Shown piece by piece: positions 1 to 12,705 of a DNA stretch of 64,000 bases. A program made the translations under genes and the position numbers. Within the stretch, counting starts at the first letter, position 1, and each line of letters begins with the position of its first letter. Origin of the DNA: Chiloscyllium plagiosum (Eukaryota). The stretch spans positions 6,653,068-6,717,067 of the forward strand of contig NC_057718.1 in NCBI RefSeq assembly GCF_004010195.1. Direction: 5' to 3'. Under the pieces are notes generated by a model. That model had not been told where the DNA came from, searched no databases, and worked only from the letters and a program-made list of their open reading frames with translations.

Positions 1-221
1 CATCTCTGCTAAAGTATTACACCATTGAACTTTGGCCAGCTCCTCCCTCATAGCTCCATGGTTCCCCTTATTCAACAGAAATATTGTCACTTCCGATTGT
101 ACCCTCTCCCTCTCAAATTGCAGATTGAAGCTTATTGTATTATGGTCACTATTTCCCAATGGCTCTTTCATTTCGAGGTTCCTGACCAAATCTGGTTTGT
201 TACACAATACCAGATCCAGAA
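1..221 (-). mobile_element. CR1-clade LINE fragment, C-terminal part of the APE endonuclease
   Basis: Minus strand translates LDLVLCNKPDLVRNLEMKEPLGNSDHNTISFNLQF; LDLVL...LGxSDH are conserved APE endonuclease motifs. Runs off the window edge. Confidence 0.85.
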
Positions 222-998
222 GGGATGCAGAGGAGATTTACCATGATGCTACCTGGACTAGAAGGCATGCCTTTTGACATAAGGTTGAGGGAGCGAGGAC
301 TTTTTTTCATTGGAGCGAAGAAGGATGAGAGGTGACTTGATAGAGATGTACAAGATGGTGAGAGGCATAGATAGTTTGGATAGCCAAAGACTCGTTCCCA
401 GGGAGCAAATGGTTATCATGAGGGGGCACAATTTTAAGGTGATTGGAGGAAGGTTTAGGGGAGATGTCAGAGGTCGGGTTCTATACACAGAGAGTGGTGG
501 GTGCTTGGAATGCACTGCCAGCAGTGGTAGTAAATTCAGACACATTAGGGACATTTAAGCGACTCTTGGATAGGCACATAGAAGATAGTAAAATGGAGGG
601 TATGTAGTTTCATCTGATCTTAAAATAGGAAAAAGGATCAGCACAAGATCAAGGGCTGAAGGGCCCATACTGTGCTGTAGATTAGATTACTTACAGTGTG
701 GAAACAGGCCCTTCGGCCCAACAAGTCCACACTGAAGCGTAACCCACCCATACCCCTACACCTAACACTACAGGCAATTTAGCATGGCCAATTCACCTGA
801 CGTGCACATCTTTGGACTGTGGGAGGAAACCGGAGCACCCGGAGGAAACCCACGCAGACACGGGGAGAACGTGCAAACTCCACACAGTCAGTCGCCTGAG
901 TCGGGAATTGAACCCCGGTCTCTGGCGCTGTGAGGCAGCAGTGCTAACCACTGTGCCACTGTGCCGCTGTACTGTTCTATGCTTTATGTTCTACGTTT
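222..998 (+). mobile_element. CR1-clade LINE 3' end, split by a SINE at 680-967
   Basis: ORF2 C-terminus SLERRRMRGDLIEMYKMVRG, then 3' UTR gggctgaagggcccatactgtgctgta. The tail resumes at 968 (tgtactgttctatg...). Confidence 0.9.
680..967 (-). mobile_element. HE1-type tRNA-derived SINE
   Basis: Reverse complement starts gcggcacagtggcacagtggttagcactgctgcctcacagcgcc (A box) with B box ggttcaattcc, central tgtgtggagtttgcacgttctccccgtgtctgcgtgggtttcctcc and a CR1-like tail. Confidence 0.9.
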
Positions 999-1109
999 TA
1001 TGCGTCATTAACCCTTAAATGGGATCAAGGTAATTAAAGATGGGCAGTTATGAGTATGTTTTTCAAAGTCACCCATTGAACGAAGTAAAATGATTAGCTT
1101 TCTCCATTA

Positions 1110-1390
1110 TGAAGATTTTTTAATTTCTTTGATGGCTCTAACAATCTCATGACATCCTAAAGTATCCAAATGTATTTTTGGAAGTGTAGACATTGCTGTA
1201 ATGGTATGCAATGTAATAGTTAATACGCAGCAAGCTGTCACAAAGAGAAAGGTTGTAGCCAAATGATCTGTTTTAGATTTTGAGTAAGAGGCTAAACATT
1301 CGTCACAAAAGGTTGACTTCCTGTGATTCTTTCTGTCAGATATTGTCCAAAGTGTGGGGGAGAGGTGGATTGCCTTATTCAACTTTAGAC
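1110..1390 (-). mobile_element. Highly degenerate DeuSINE/SacSINE1-like relic
   Basis: Weak resemblance to the better copies at 38545 and 41315 (gaagtgtagacattgctgtaatg, cagcaagctgtcacaaa). Confidence 0.35.
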
Positions 1391-1805
1391 TCTTGAATTT
1401 CTCAGCATATGGATTAATAATTGATCCAATTTGGAGAACTGCAATTTAACTGATTCAAAAAGGGATCAAAAAGGGTTCATGTCCAGAAATTCCTTTTGAA
1501 GAGAGTGTCCCAAATATTCTTAGTCTGAGTTGGGCCTGTTTGTCATTGGCTGGAAATCAGAGGTGACGACAGCAGCTGCCAATTGCTAAGGTGAGCTTAT
1601 TAACTAAAGGCCTGTTGCAATTCTGTTTTTCCCCCAGTGGTTTTGTTACATATTAGACCACTTACTCCTCACCACCATCTGCATGCTCCCCATGCCAACT
1701 CATTCTCCCTGCCCACTGACATGGACCCTTATAGCATCAGTGCCACTAACAGTCTGCCATATAGCAGTAACCCTTTCGATGGCAACCCATCTAGTGTGGT
1801 TTCTG

Positions 1806-1900
1806 GGATGAAGGGCTATGCCCGAAATGTCGACTCTCTCATCCTCAGATGCTGCCTGACCTGCTGTGCCTTTTCCAGCACCATGCTTTATCAACTCTGG
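1806..1900 (+). mobile_element. PLE family A terminal repeat fragment with degenerate hammerhead
   Basis: gatgaagggctatgcccgaaatgtcgac...gatgctgcctgacctgctgtgccttttccagcac matches the 3' end of the PLE at 41996-43290. Confidence 0.8.
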
Positions 1901-3047
1901 TCCATGAGTAGACTTCAGGAAAAATGTTGTAATAAGTGAAACTAAATTTCTTAAGCTTCCATTCATTAAGCCCTAAAAAATGTTTACCAGCCTCAAGTAC
2001 ATAATCCCTGTGAAGACATATTAGTTTTTATTTACAACCCCATGTCAAAGACAGCAGATCCTTTTATAATCGTTCTGAGCTGTCAATCAAACTGTGAACC
2101 TTCACCTCCCTGAGACAATTGTAGATTATAAAAAACAGCTAACCATGAACAATGATATGATGACACCTCTTTGCTGTAATGTCAACAAATAGTTACTGGA
2201 ATAGCTAAAACAGAGTTTATTCTGCATTTTGTTTTTCAAATATTTAAAAGGTTGGGGATTTAATTAAATGAATTGAAATTACTCCATAGCTTGAGGACTT
2301 TTCTTCAACTCTCACTGATACTGGTAGTTTGTGCTTTTTAATTTTTAAATGATTGTGAATTTACACAATTTGGCCCCTTGACAGTATTGCCTTCCAACAG
2401 TATTCTCAGTCGATAAATTAATAACACCCACACTGTGTAATAAAGGCATTACAATAGCAGAAATGGAGTGTATATGAACTCAGCACTGAGTTCATATGGA
2501 CCTGGTGTGTCTAGGTCCCCTCTTCCTTTCCCAATCTGGGATAAACAAAATCTGTTAGAAATGAGGGCACGCTTTCCTGATCCAGGCCCCCTGTGTTAGT
2601 TTCTGCAAAAACTCCAGCCCACAGACCTTTCAAACAATTCACAAGGAAGTCCCAACAAGGAAATGCAACAAATAAAAATGCAGGTGTAATCCAAAGGGCT
2701 TGAAAAGAAGCTCAATGAAGCCATGAGGGGAATGGGAATAGAAGGACTACATGTTGAGGAATGGGAGGGCGCTCATGTGGAGTTGTGTTGAAAGGCTCTA
2801 TTTTTTCTGCTGTCAATTCTGCAGAAAGTAGAGATCTGTTTTTCTGATTTACAATGGTAGACTGAAGCCAGTGCAGCAATCAGGTGGTTTTAAAACATCA
2901 AAAGTATGTTTATTTTTATTGGTGATATTTGGAAAGGAGAGAAATGTTGAAAGGAATTAGTCAAACTCCAGTGAAATAATATCACCAATGTTTAGGAAAG
3001 CCAAGTGTTTGAGGGGTCTGCAGGAAACATCTAAAAGACGTACAGAT

Positions 3048-6000
3048 CAACTCGCTTATCCTCCATAAACTATAACTCGCTTATCCTCCATAAACTAAAA
3101 CTCCATTATCCTCCATAAACTACAACTCGCTTATCCTCCATAAACTGCACCTCCCTTTTCCTCCATAAACTATAACTCGATAATCCTCCATAATCTACAA
3201 CTCGCTTATCCTCCATAAACTACAACCTCCTTAAACATCAAAAACTACAACTCGCTTTTCCTCCATAAACTCCAACTCACTTATCTTCCATAAACTACAA
3301 CTCCCTTATGCTCCATAAACTACAACTCCGTTATCCTCCATAAACTACAACCTCCTTAAACATCCAAAACTACAACTTGCTGATCCTCCATATACTAAAA
3401 CTCCCTTATTCTCCATAAACTACAACTCGCTTATCCTCCATAAACTACAACCTCCTTAAACATCAAAAAATACAACTCGCTTCTCCTCCATAAACTACAA
3501 CTCGCTTTTCCTCCATAAACTCCAACTCGCTTATCTTCCATAAACTACAACTCCCTTAACCTACATAAGCTACAACTCGCTTATCCACCATAAACTACAA
3601 TTCGCTTATCTCCATAAACTACAACTCACTAATCTCCATAAACTGCAACTCGCTTTTCCTCCATGAACTACAATTCGCTTATCTTCCATAAACTACAACT
3701 CCCTTATCTTCCATAAACTACAACTCCCTTATTCTCCATAAACTACAACTTGCTTCTCCTCCATAAACTCCAACTCGCTTTTCCTCCATAAACTCCAACT
3801 CGCTTATCTTCCATAAACTACAACTCCCTTATCCTCCATAAACTACAACTGCCTTAACCTACATAAGCTACAACTCACTTATCCACCATAAACTACAACT
3901 CGCTAATCTCCATAAACTACAACTCGCTTTTCCTCCATAAACTGCAACTCGCTTATCTTCCATAAGCTACAACTCGCTTATCCACCATAAACTACAACTC
4001 GCTTACCTCCAAAAACTACAACTCCCTCATCCTCCATAAACTGCAACTCGCTTTTCCTCCATAAACTACAACTTGCTTGTCCTCCATAAACTACAACTCG
4101 CTTATCTTCCATAAACTACAATTCGCTCATTCTCCATAAACTACAACTCCCTTATCCTTCATAAACTAAAACTCCCCTATCCTCTATAAACTACAACACC
4201 CTTATCCTCCATAAACTGCAACTCCCTGACTGTCCAAAAACTACAACTGACTTATCCTCCATAAACTGAAACTCGCTTATACTCCATAAACTACAACTCG
4301 CGGACACTCGATCAACTGCAACTCCCTTATCCTCCATAAACTACAAGTCTCTAATGTCCATAAACTACAACTCGCTTATCCTCCATAAACTACAACTCCG
4401 TTATCCTCCATAAACTACAACTCTCCACCTGCATAAACTACAACACCCTTATCCTCCATAAACTGCAACTCCCTTATCATCCATAAACTACAACTCCCTT
4501 TTCCTCCATAAACTATAACTCGATAATCCTCCATAATCTACAACTCGCTTATCCTCCATAAACTACAACCTCTTTAAACATCATAAACTACAACTCCCTT
4601 ATCCTCCATATGCTAAAACTCCCTTATTCTCCATAAAATACAACTCGCTTCTCCTCCATAAACTACAACTTGCTTTCCTGCATAAACTACAACTCGCTTA
4701 TCCTCCATTAACTTCAACTCGCTTATCCCCCATAAACTGCAACTCAATTATCCTCCAAAAACTACATCTCTCATCCTCCATAAACTACAACTCCCTTATC
4801 GTAGATAAACCACAACTCTCTTATCCTCAATAAACTGCAACTCGCTTTTCCACCATAAACTACAACTCGCATACCCTCCATAAACTACAACTCGTTTATC
4901 CTCCATAAACTACAACTCACTTCTCCTCCATAAACTACAACTCGCTTATCCTCCATAAACAACAACTCGCTTATCCTCCATAAACTGCAACTCGCTTTTC
5001 CCCCGTAAACTGCAACTCGTTTATCTTCCATAATCTACACCTCTATTATCCTCCATAAACTACAACTCGCTTATCCTCCATAAACTTCAACTCGCTTTTC
5101 CCCCGTAAACTGCAAGTTGTTTATCCTCCATAAACTGCAACTCGCTTACCCTCCATTAACTATAACTCGCATATCCCGCATAAACTGCAACTCCCTTATC
5201 CGCCATAAACTACAAAGCGCTTATCCTCCATACACTGCAATTTGGTTTTCCCAAATAAACCAATTCTCCCTATCCTCCATAAACTACAACTCCCTAATCC
5301 TCCATAAACAACAATTCACTTACCCTCCAGAAACTACAACTTGCTTCTCAACCATAAACTGCAACTTCCTTATCCTCGATAACCTACAACTCTCTAATCT
5401 TCCATAAACTGCAACTCACTTTTCCACCATAAACTACAACTCCGTTATCCTTCGTAAACTACAACTCCCTTATCTTCCATAAACTGCACCTCGCTTCTCT
5501 GCCATAAACTACAACTTACTTATCCCCCATAAACTGCAAGCCCGTCTCCTCCAAAAACTATAACACTCCACCTCCATAAACTACAACTCCCTTAACCTCC
5601 ATAAACTGCACCTCGCTTTTCCTCAATAAACTAAAACTCGCATTCCCTCCAAAAACTACAAATCCCTTATCCTCCATAAACTGCAACTCGCTTTTCCACT
5701 ATAACCTACAACTCCGTTATCTTTCGTAAACTACAACCCGCTTTATCCTCCATAAACTGCAAATCACTTCTCCGCCATAAACTACAACTCGCTTATCCCC
5801 CATAAACTGCAACCCCGTCTCCTCCAAAAACTGCAATTCTCCACCTCCATAAACTACAACTCGATAATCCTCCATAATCTACAACTCGCTTATCCTCCAT
5901 AAACTACAACCTCCTGAAACATCATAAACTACAACTCGCTTATCCTCCAGATACTAAAATTCCCTTATTCTCTACAAACTACAACCTCCTTATCCCCCAT

Positions 6001-9000
6001 ATGCTAAAACTCTCTTATCCTCCATAAACTACAACTCGCTTATCCACCATAAACTACAACTCACTTCTCCTCCATAAGCTACAACTCCCTTACCCTCCAT
6101 AAACAACAACTCGCTTATCCTCCATAAACTGCAACTCACTTTTCCCCCGTAAACTGCAACTCATTTATCCTCCATCATCTACACCTCTATTATCCTCCAT
6201 AAACTACAACTCGCTTATCCTCCATAAACTTCAACTCGCTTATCCTCCATAAGCTGCAACTCGCTTATCCTCCATAAATTGCAACTTGTTTATCCTCCAT
6301 AAACTGCAACTTGCTTATCCTCCATAAACTGCAACTCGCTTACCCTCCATTAACTATAACTCGCATATCCCGCATAAACTGCAACTCGCTTATCCTCCAT
6401 AAACTGCAACTCGCTTTTCCTCAATTAATTACAACTCGCTTATCCTGCATAAACTGCAACTCCCTTATTCTCCATAAACTACAAAGCGCTTATCCTCCAT
6501 AAACTGCAACTTGGTTTTCCTAAATAATCATATTCTCCCTATCCTCCATAAACTACCACTCCCTTATCCTCCATAAACTACAACTCGCTTCTCCTCCATA
6601 AACAACAACTCGCTTACCCTCCAGAAACTACAACTTGCTTGTCCACCATAAACTGCAACTGAATTATCCTCCTAAAACTTCAACTCTCATCCTCCATAAA
6701 CTGCAACTCCCTTATCCTCAATAAACTACAAATCTCTAATCCTCCATAAACTGCAAATCGCTTTTCCACCATAAACTACAACTTGCATACCCTCCATAAA
6801 CTACAACTTGCTTCTCCTGCACAAAATACAACTCGCTTATTCCCCATAAACTGCAACTCCCTTATCCTCCAAAAACTACAACTCACTTATCCTTCATAAA
6901 CTACAACTCGCTTATCCTCCATAAACAACAACTCGCTTATCCTCCATAAACAACAACTCGCTTACCTTCCAGAAACTACAACTCGCTTATCCTCCACAAA
7001 TACAACTCAATTATCCTCCAAAAACTACAACTCACATCCTCCATAAACTACAACTCGCTTATCGTCCCATAAAAAACAACTCGCTTACCCTCCAGAAACT
7101 ACAACTCAATTATCCTCCAAAAACTACAACTCACATCCTCCATAAACTACAACTCCATTATCCTCGATAACCTACAACGCTCCTATTGTCCATAAACTAC
7201 AACTCCCTTATCCTCCATAAACTACAACTCGCTTATCCTCCATAAACTGTAACTCCCTGATCCTCCATAAACTACAACTCGCTTTTCCTCCATACACTAC
7301 AACTCACTTATCCACCACAAACTGCAATTCCCTATTCTCCAAAAACTACATCTCCCTTATCCTTCATAAACTACAACTCCCTTATCCTCCATAAACTACA
7401 ACTCGCTTATCCTCCATAAACTGCAATTCCCTTATTCTCCAAAAACTACATCTCCCTTATCCTGCATAAACTACAACTCCCTTATCCTCCATAAACTACA
7501 ACGCGCTTATCCTCCAAAATCTGCAACTCGTTTATCCTCCATAAACTGCAACTCCCTTCTCCTCCAAAAACTGCAACTCGCTTTTCCTCCATAAACTACA
7601 ACTCGCATACCCACCATAAACTACAACTCGCTTATCCACCATAAATTGCAACTCACTTATCCTCCAAAAACAACAACTCGCTTATCGTGCATAAACTACA
7701 ACTCATTTATCCCCCATAAACTGCAACTCTCTTCTCCTCCAAAAACTACAACTCGCTCGTCCTCCATAAACTACAAATCGCTAATCCTCCATAAACTGCA
7801 ACTCACATATTCTCCGTAAAATATAACTCGCTTATCCTCCATAAACTGCAACTCCCTTATGCTCCAGAAACTACAACTCGCTTTTCGTCCATAAACTACA
7901 ACTCCCTTATCGTCCATGAACTGCAACTCACTTTTCCCCCATAGACAGCAACTCGTTTATCCTCCATAAACTACAACTCGCTTATCGTCAATAAACTGCA
8001 ACTCCATTAACCTCCGAAAACTACAACTCACTTTTCCTCCAAAAACTACAACTCGCTTATCGTCCAAAAACTACAACTCGCTTATCCTCCATAAACAACA
8101 ACTCAATTAACCTCCAAAAACTACAACACTATTATCCTCCAAAAATTACACCTCCCTTATCCTCCATAAACTAAAACTCCCTTATCCTCCAAAAACTACA
8201 ACTCGCTTATCCTCCATAAACAACAACTCAATTAACCTCCAAAAACTACAACACTTTTATCCTCCAAAAATTACACCTCCCTTATCCTCCATAAACTAAA
8301 ACTCCCTTATCCTCCAACAACTACAACTCGCTTATTCTCCATAAACTGCAACTCGCTTTTCCCCCATAATCTGCAACTCGTTAATCCTCCATAAACTACA
8401 ACTCGCTTATCCTCCATGACCTACAACTCCCTTATCCTCCGTAAACTACAACTCGCTTATCCTCCATAATCTGCAACTCCCTTATCCTCCGTAAACTACA
8501 ACTCCCTTATCCTTCATAATCTGCAACTCCCTCATCCTCCAAAAACTTCAACTCGCTTATCGTCCAAAAACTACAACTCGCTTATCCTCCATAAACAACA
8601 ACTCAATTATCCTCCAAAAACTACAACCCTTTTATCCTCCAAAAATTACATCTCCCTGATCCTCCATAAACTACNNNNNNNNNNNNNNNNNNNNNNNNNN
8701 NNNNNNNNNNNNNNNNNNNNNNNNNNNNNNNNNNNNNNNNNNNNNNNNNNNNNNNNNNNNNNNNNNNNNNNNNNNNNNNNNNNNNNNNNNNNNNNNNNNN
8801 NNNNNNNNNNNNNNNNNNNNNNNNNNNNNNNNNNNNNNNNNNNNNNNNNNNNNNNNNNNNNNNNNNNNNNNNNNNNNNNNNNNNNNNNNNNNNNNNNNNN
8901 NNNNNNNNNNNNNNNNNNNNNNNNNNNNNNNNNNNNNNNNNNNNNNNNNNNNNNNNNNNNNNNNNNNNNNNNNNNNNNNNNNNNNNNNNNNNNNNNNNNN

Positions 9001-10998
9001 NNNNNNNNNNNNNNNNNNNNNNNNNNNNNNNNNNNNNNNNNNNNNNNNNNNNNNNNNNNNNNNNNNNNNNNNNNNNNNNNNNNNNNNNNNNNNNNNNNNN
9101 NNNNNNNNNNNNNNNNNNNNNNNNNNNNNNNNNNNNNNNNNNNNNNNNNNNNNNNNNNNNNNNNNNNNNNNNNNGCTACAACTCTCATCCTCCATAAACT
9201 ACAACTCGCTTATCCCCCAGAAACTGCAATTCCCTTCTCCTCCGAAAGCTACAACTCTCATCCTCCATAAACTACAACTCGCTTATCCTCCATAAACTAC
9301 CGCTCCCTTATCCTCCATAAACTACAACTCGCTTATCCTCCATAAACTCCAACTCTCTTATTCTCCATAAACTGAAATTCGCTTTTTCCCCATAAACTGC
9401 AACTCGTTTATCCTCCATAATCTACAACTCACTTATGCTCCATAAACTACAACTCGCTTATCCTCCATAAACTACCACTCCCTTATCCTCCATAAACTAC
9501 AACTCGCTTATCCTCCATAAACTACAACTCGCTTATCCTCCATAAACTCCAACTCCCTTATTCTCCATAAACTGCAATTCGCTTTTTCCCCATAAACTGC
9601 AACTCGTTTATCCTCCATAATCTACAACTCACTTATGCTCCATAAACTACAACTCCCTCATCCTCCATAAGCTGCAACTCGCTTTTCCCCCATAATCTGC
9701 AACTCGTTTATCCTCCGTAAACTAAAGCTCCCTTTTCCTCCATAAACTGCAACTCCCTTATCCTCCATAAACTACAACTCGCGTATCCTCCATAAACTAC
9801 AACTCGCTTTTCCTAAATAAACTACATCTCCCTGTCCTCCATAAACTACAACAGCCTTATCCTCCATAAACTGCAACTCGATTTTCCCCCATAATCTGCA
9901 ACTCGTTTATCCTCCGTAAACTAAAGCTCCCTTTTCCTCCATAAACTGCAACTAGCTTTTCCTCAATAAATTACAACTCGCTTATCCTCCATAAACTGCA
10001 ACTCGCTTTTTCCCCATAATCTGCAACTCGTTTATCCTCCATAAACTACAACTCTCTTATCCACCATAAACTACAACTGCCTTATCCACCAAAAACTGCA
10101 ACTCGCTTTTCCTCAATAAACTACAACTCGTTTATCCTGCATAAACTACAACTCCCTTATCCTCCATAAACTACAACTCGCTTATCCTCCATAAACTACA
10201 ACTCGCTTTTCCTAAATAAACTACATCTCCCTATACTCCATAAACTATAACTCGCTTATCCTCCAGCAACTACAACTCGCTTATACTCCATAAACTACAA
10301 CTCCCTTATCCTACATAAACTGCAACTCCCTTATCCTCCATAAACTACAAATCGCTTATTCTCCATAAACTGCAACTCCCTTAACCTCCATAAAATACAA
10401 ATCGCTTATTCTCCATAAACTGCAACTCGCTTATCCCCCATAAACTGCAACTCAATTGTCCTCCAAAAACTACAACTCTCATCCTCCATAAACTACAACT
10501 CCCTTATCCTCGATAACCTACAACTCTCTTATCCTCCATAAACTGCAACTCCCTTTTCCACCATAAACTACAACTCGCATACCCTACATAAACTACAACT
10601 CACTTATTCCCCGTAAACTGCAACTCCCTTATTCTCCAAAAACTACAACTCTCTTCTCCTCCATAAACTACAACTCCCTTATCCTCCAAAAACTACATCT
10701 CTCTTCTCCTCCATAAACTACAACTCCCTTATCCTCCTTAAACTACAACTCGCATATCCTCCATAAACTACAACTCCCTTATCCTCCATAAACTACAACT
10801 CGCCTATCCCCCAGAAACTGCAACTGCCTTCTCCTCCAAAAGCTACAACTCTCATCCTCCATCACCTACAACTCCCTATTCCTCTATAAACTACAACTCC
10901 CTTCTCCTCCATAAACTGCAACTTGCTTTTCCTCCATAAACTGCAACTCCCTTATCCTCCATAAACTACAACTTGCTTCTCCTCCATAAACTGCAACT
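3048..10998. repeat. 25-bp tandem satellite, consensus AACTCGCTTATCCTCCATAAACTAC
   Basis: Uninterrupted head-to-tail monomers with point variants on both sides of a 500-N gap; the plus strand is very G-poor. Confidence 0.98.
8675..9174. other. Assembly gap (500 N)
   Basis: Run of N inside the satellite, so the true array length is unknown. Confidence 1.
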
Positions 10999-11084
10999 AT
11001 CCCCAACCACCATTCCAACTTTCCTTGTTTGTTTGCATCCAATTTCCTTTCTCAAAGATCATACTAGTCCTTGCACCAACTTGT

Positions 11085-11420
11085 GTCATGATATTATCAC
11101 CAGAGTTTTAATCCAGGTACCCAGGTAATATTCTAGGGTCTGACGTTTGAACTCTGCCATGGCGGATGATGGGATTTGAATTCAATAAAAGCCTAGAATT
11201 AAAGATCTAATGACAACCACAAAACCATTGATGATTGCTGTGAAAAAGCCATCAGTTTCACTCATTTTGGGAATGTAACTGCTTTCCTTACCTGACCTGG
11301 CCAAAAATAACTCCAGACCGATTACAATATGATGAACTTTAAACTTCTTCTTTGGCAATGAGGGATGGACAACAATGTTGACTGGAATGGCGACATCCAC
11401 ATCGTATGAATGAATAAAAA
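11085..11420 (+). mobile_element. tRNA-derived SINE (window family S2)
   Basis: Shares gatttgaattcaataaaa...ctaatgacaaccac...cttacctgacctggcc and the tail atgaatgaataaaaa with copies at 29700, 30635 and 56960. Confidence 0.7.
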
Positions 11421-11802
11421 TTATCAACAAGATGCCTCAGGTGGGACCTGGTAGAAATGGTGTAGATCGAGAGGGTTTTGATTGGATAGATGTAGAGATG
11501 CTGCAGGGTGTGAGCAGAACCAGAGGCCATAGCTATAAGGAGGTCACTAATAAAACTGACAAGGAATTCAGGAGGAACCTCTTTTCTTAGAGAGTGAGTG
11601 AATGCAGAAATTTGTGCTGCCACAATCCAAGAATTGAAGTGAACAGCACAGGTTCACTAAACAGAAGTTAGATACACAACTGGTAGTGGTGGGGGGGGGG
11701 CGGAACATGGAAGAATAGAAGTATGTGTCATTAATGTTAAGATGAGAATGTGATTGCACTGGGGTTGCAAGAGTTGAGGGGTTGGGGAGGAGCAGAGATC
11801 TC

Positions 11803-12270
11803 ACCAGGATGTTATCTAGCTTGAAATCATTTAGTCATGAAGAGACGCTGAATGAATTCAGGTTGTTTTCTTTAGAGTAGAGAAGGTTGAGGGGGCCATG
11901 TTAGAGGTATTTCAGATGATGAGGGGTATGGACAGGGTGGGTAGGAAGCAGTTGTTCCCCCTTAGTAGAAGGGTCAATAACAGGGGAGCACAATTGTAAA
12001 ATGAAAGACAGGCGGTTTAGAGAGGATTTGAAGAAATAAACTTTCGCCCAGAGGGTGGTGGGGATCTGAAATGTCCTGCCTGGTAGGGTAGTTGAGGTGG
12101 GAAACCTCGCAACCTTCAAAACGTCCTTGGATGAACACTGGAAATGTCAATACATTCAAGCTTATGGGCCAAGTACTGAAAAGTGTGCTGAGTGAAGATT
12201 GGCGATGGTCTTTTTTGTCAGTGTAGACTTGATGGGCCGAAGGTCCTCTTCGGTATTGTATGAATTTATG
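11803..12270 (+). mobile_element. CR1-clade LINE 3' fragment
   Basis: caccaggatg...ttagagtagagaaggttgagggg...cccagagggtggtggggatctgaaa...gggccgaaggtcctcttc tail. Confidence 0.85.
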
Positions 12271-12314
12271 ACCCAGCTGAGGTAAGGTGAGAGGAGACTA
12301 ATGTGAAGTCTGAA

Positions 12315-12705
12315 CATGCTGTTTTCCCTGGAGCATCGGAGGCTGAAGGGTGACTTTATAAAGGTTTGTAAACTCATGAGGTGCATGGGCAGGGTAAAGA
12401 GACAAGGTTTTTTATCCCTAGGGTGGGAGTGTTCAGAACCATAGGTTTCGGCTGAGAGAGGAAAGATATAAAATAGACCTAAGGGGCAACCTTTTCACAC
12501 AGAGGGTTGGAATAAACTGCCAGGGAAGTACTGCAGGCTGGTACAATTGCAATATTTAAAAGGATGGGTATATGAACAGGAAGGATTTGGAGGGATATGG
12601 GCCAGGTGCTGTCAATTGGGACTAGATTGGGTTGGGATATCTGGTCAGCATGGACGGGTTGGACCGAAGGGTCTGTTTCTATGCTGTACATCTCTATGAC
12701 TCTAT
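12315..12705 (+). mobile_element. CR1-clade LINE 3' fragment
   Basis: ttttccctggagcatcggaggctgaagggtgac...ggaccgaagggtctgtttctatgctgtacatctctatgactcta tail. Confidence 0.88.

Noticed and set aside
1523..1596. Small exon ending at AAG|GTGAGC
   Set aside because: Weak acceptor and stops in all frames from the nearest AG; insufficient support.
8646..9195. Long ORFs of 174-180 aa, and similar ones at 35222-35944 and 60250-60600
   Set aside because: Their length comes from N runs.
3048..10998. CRISPR array or coding repeat (ORFs 5117-5407 and 6311-6502)
   Set aside because: Monomers are contiguous with no unique spacers and there are no cas genes. The 25-bp period cycles through frames with frequent stops.
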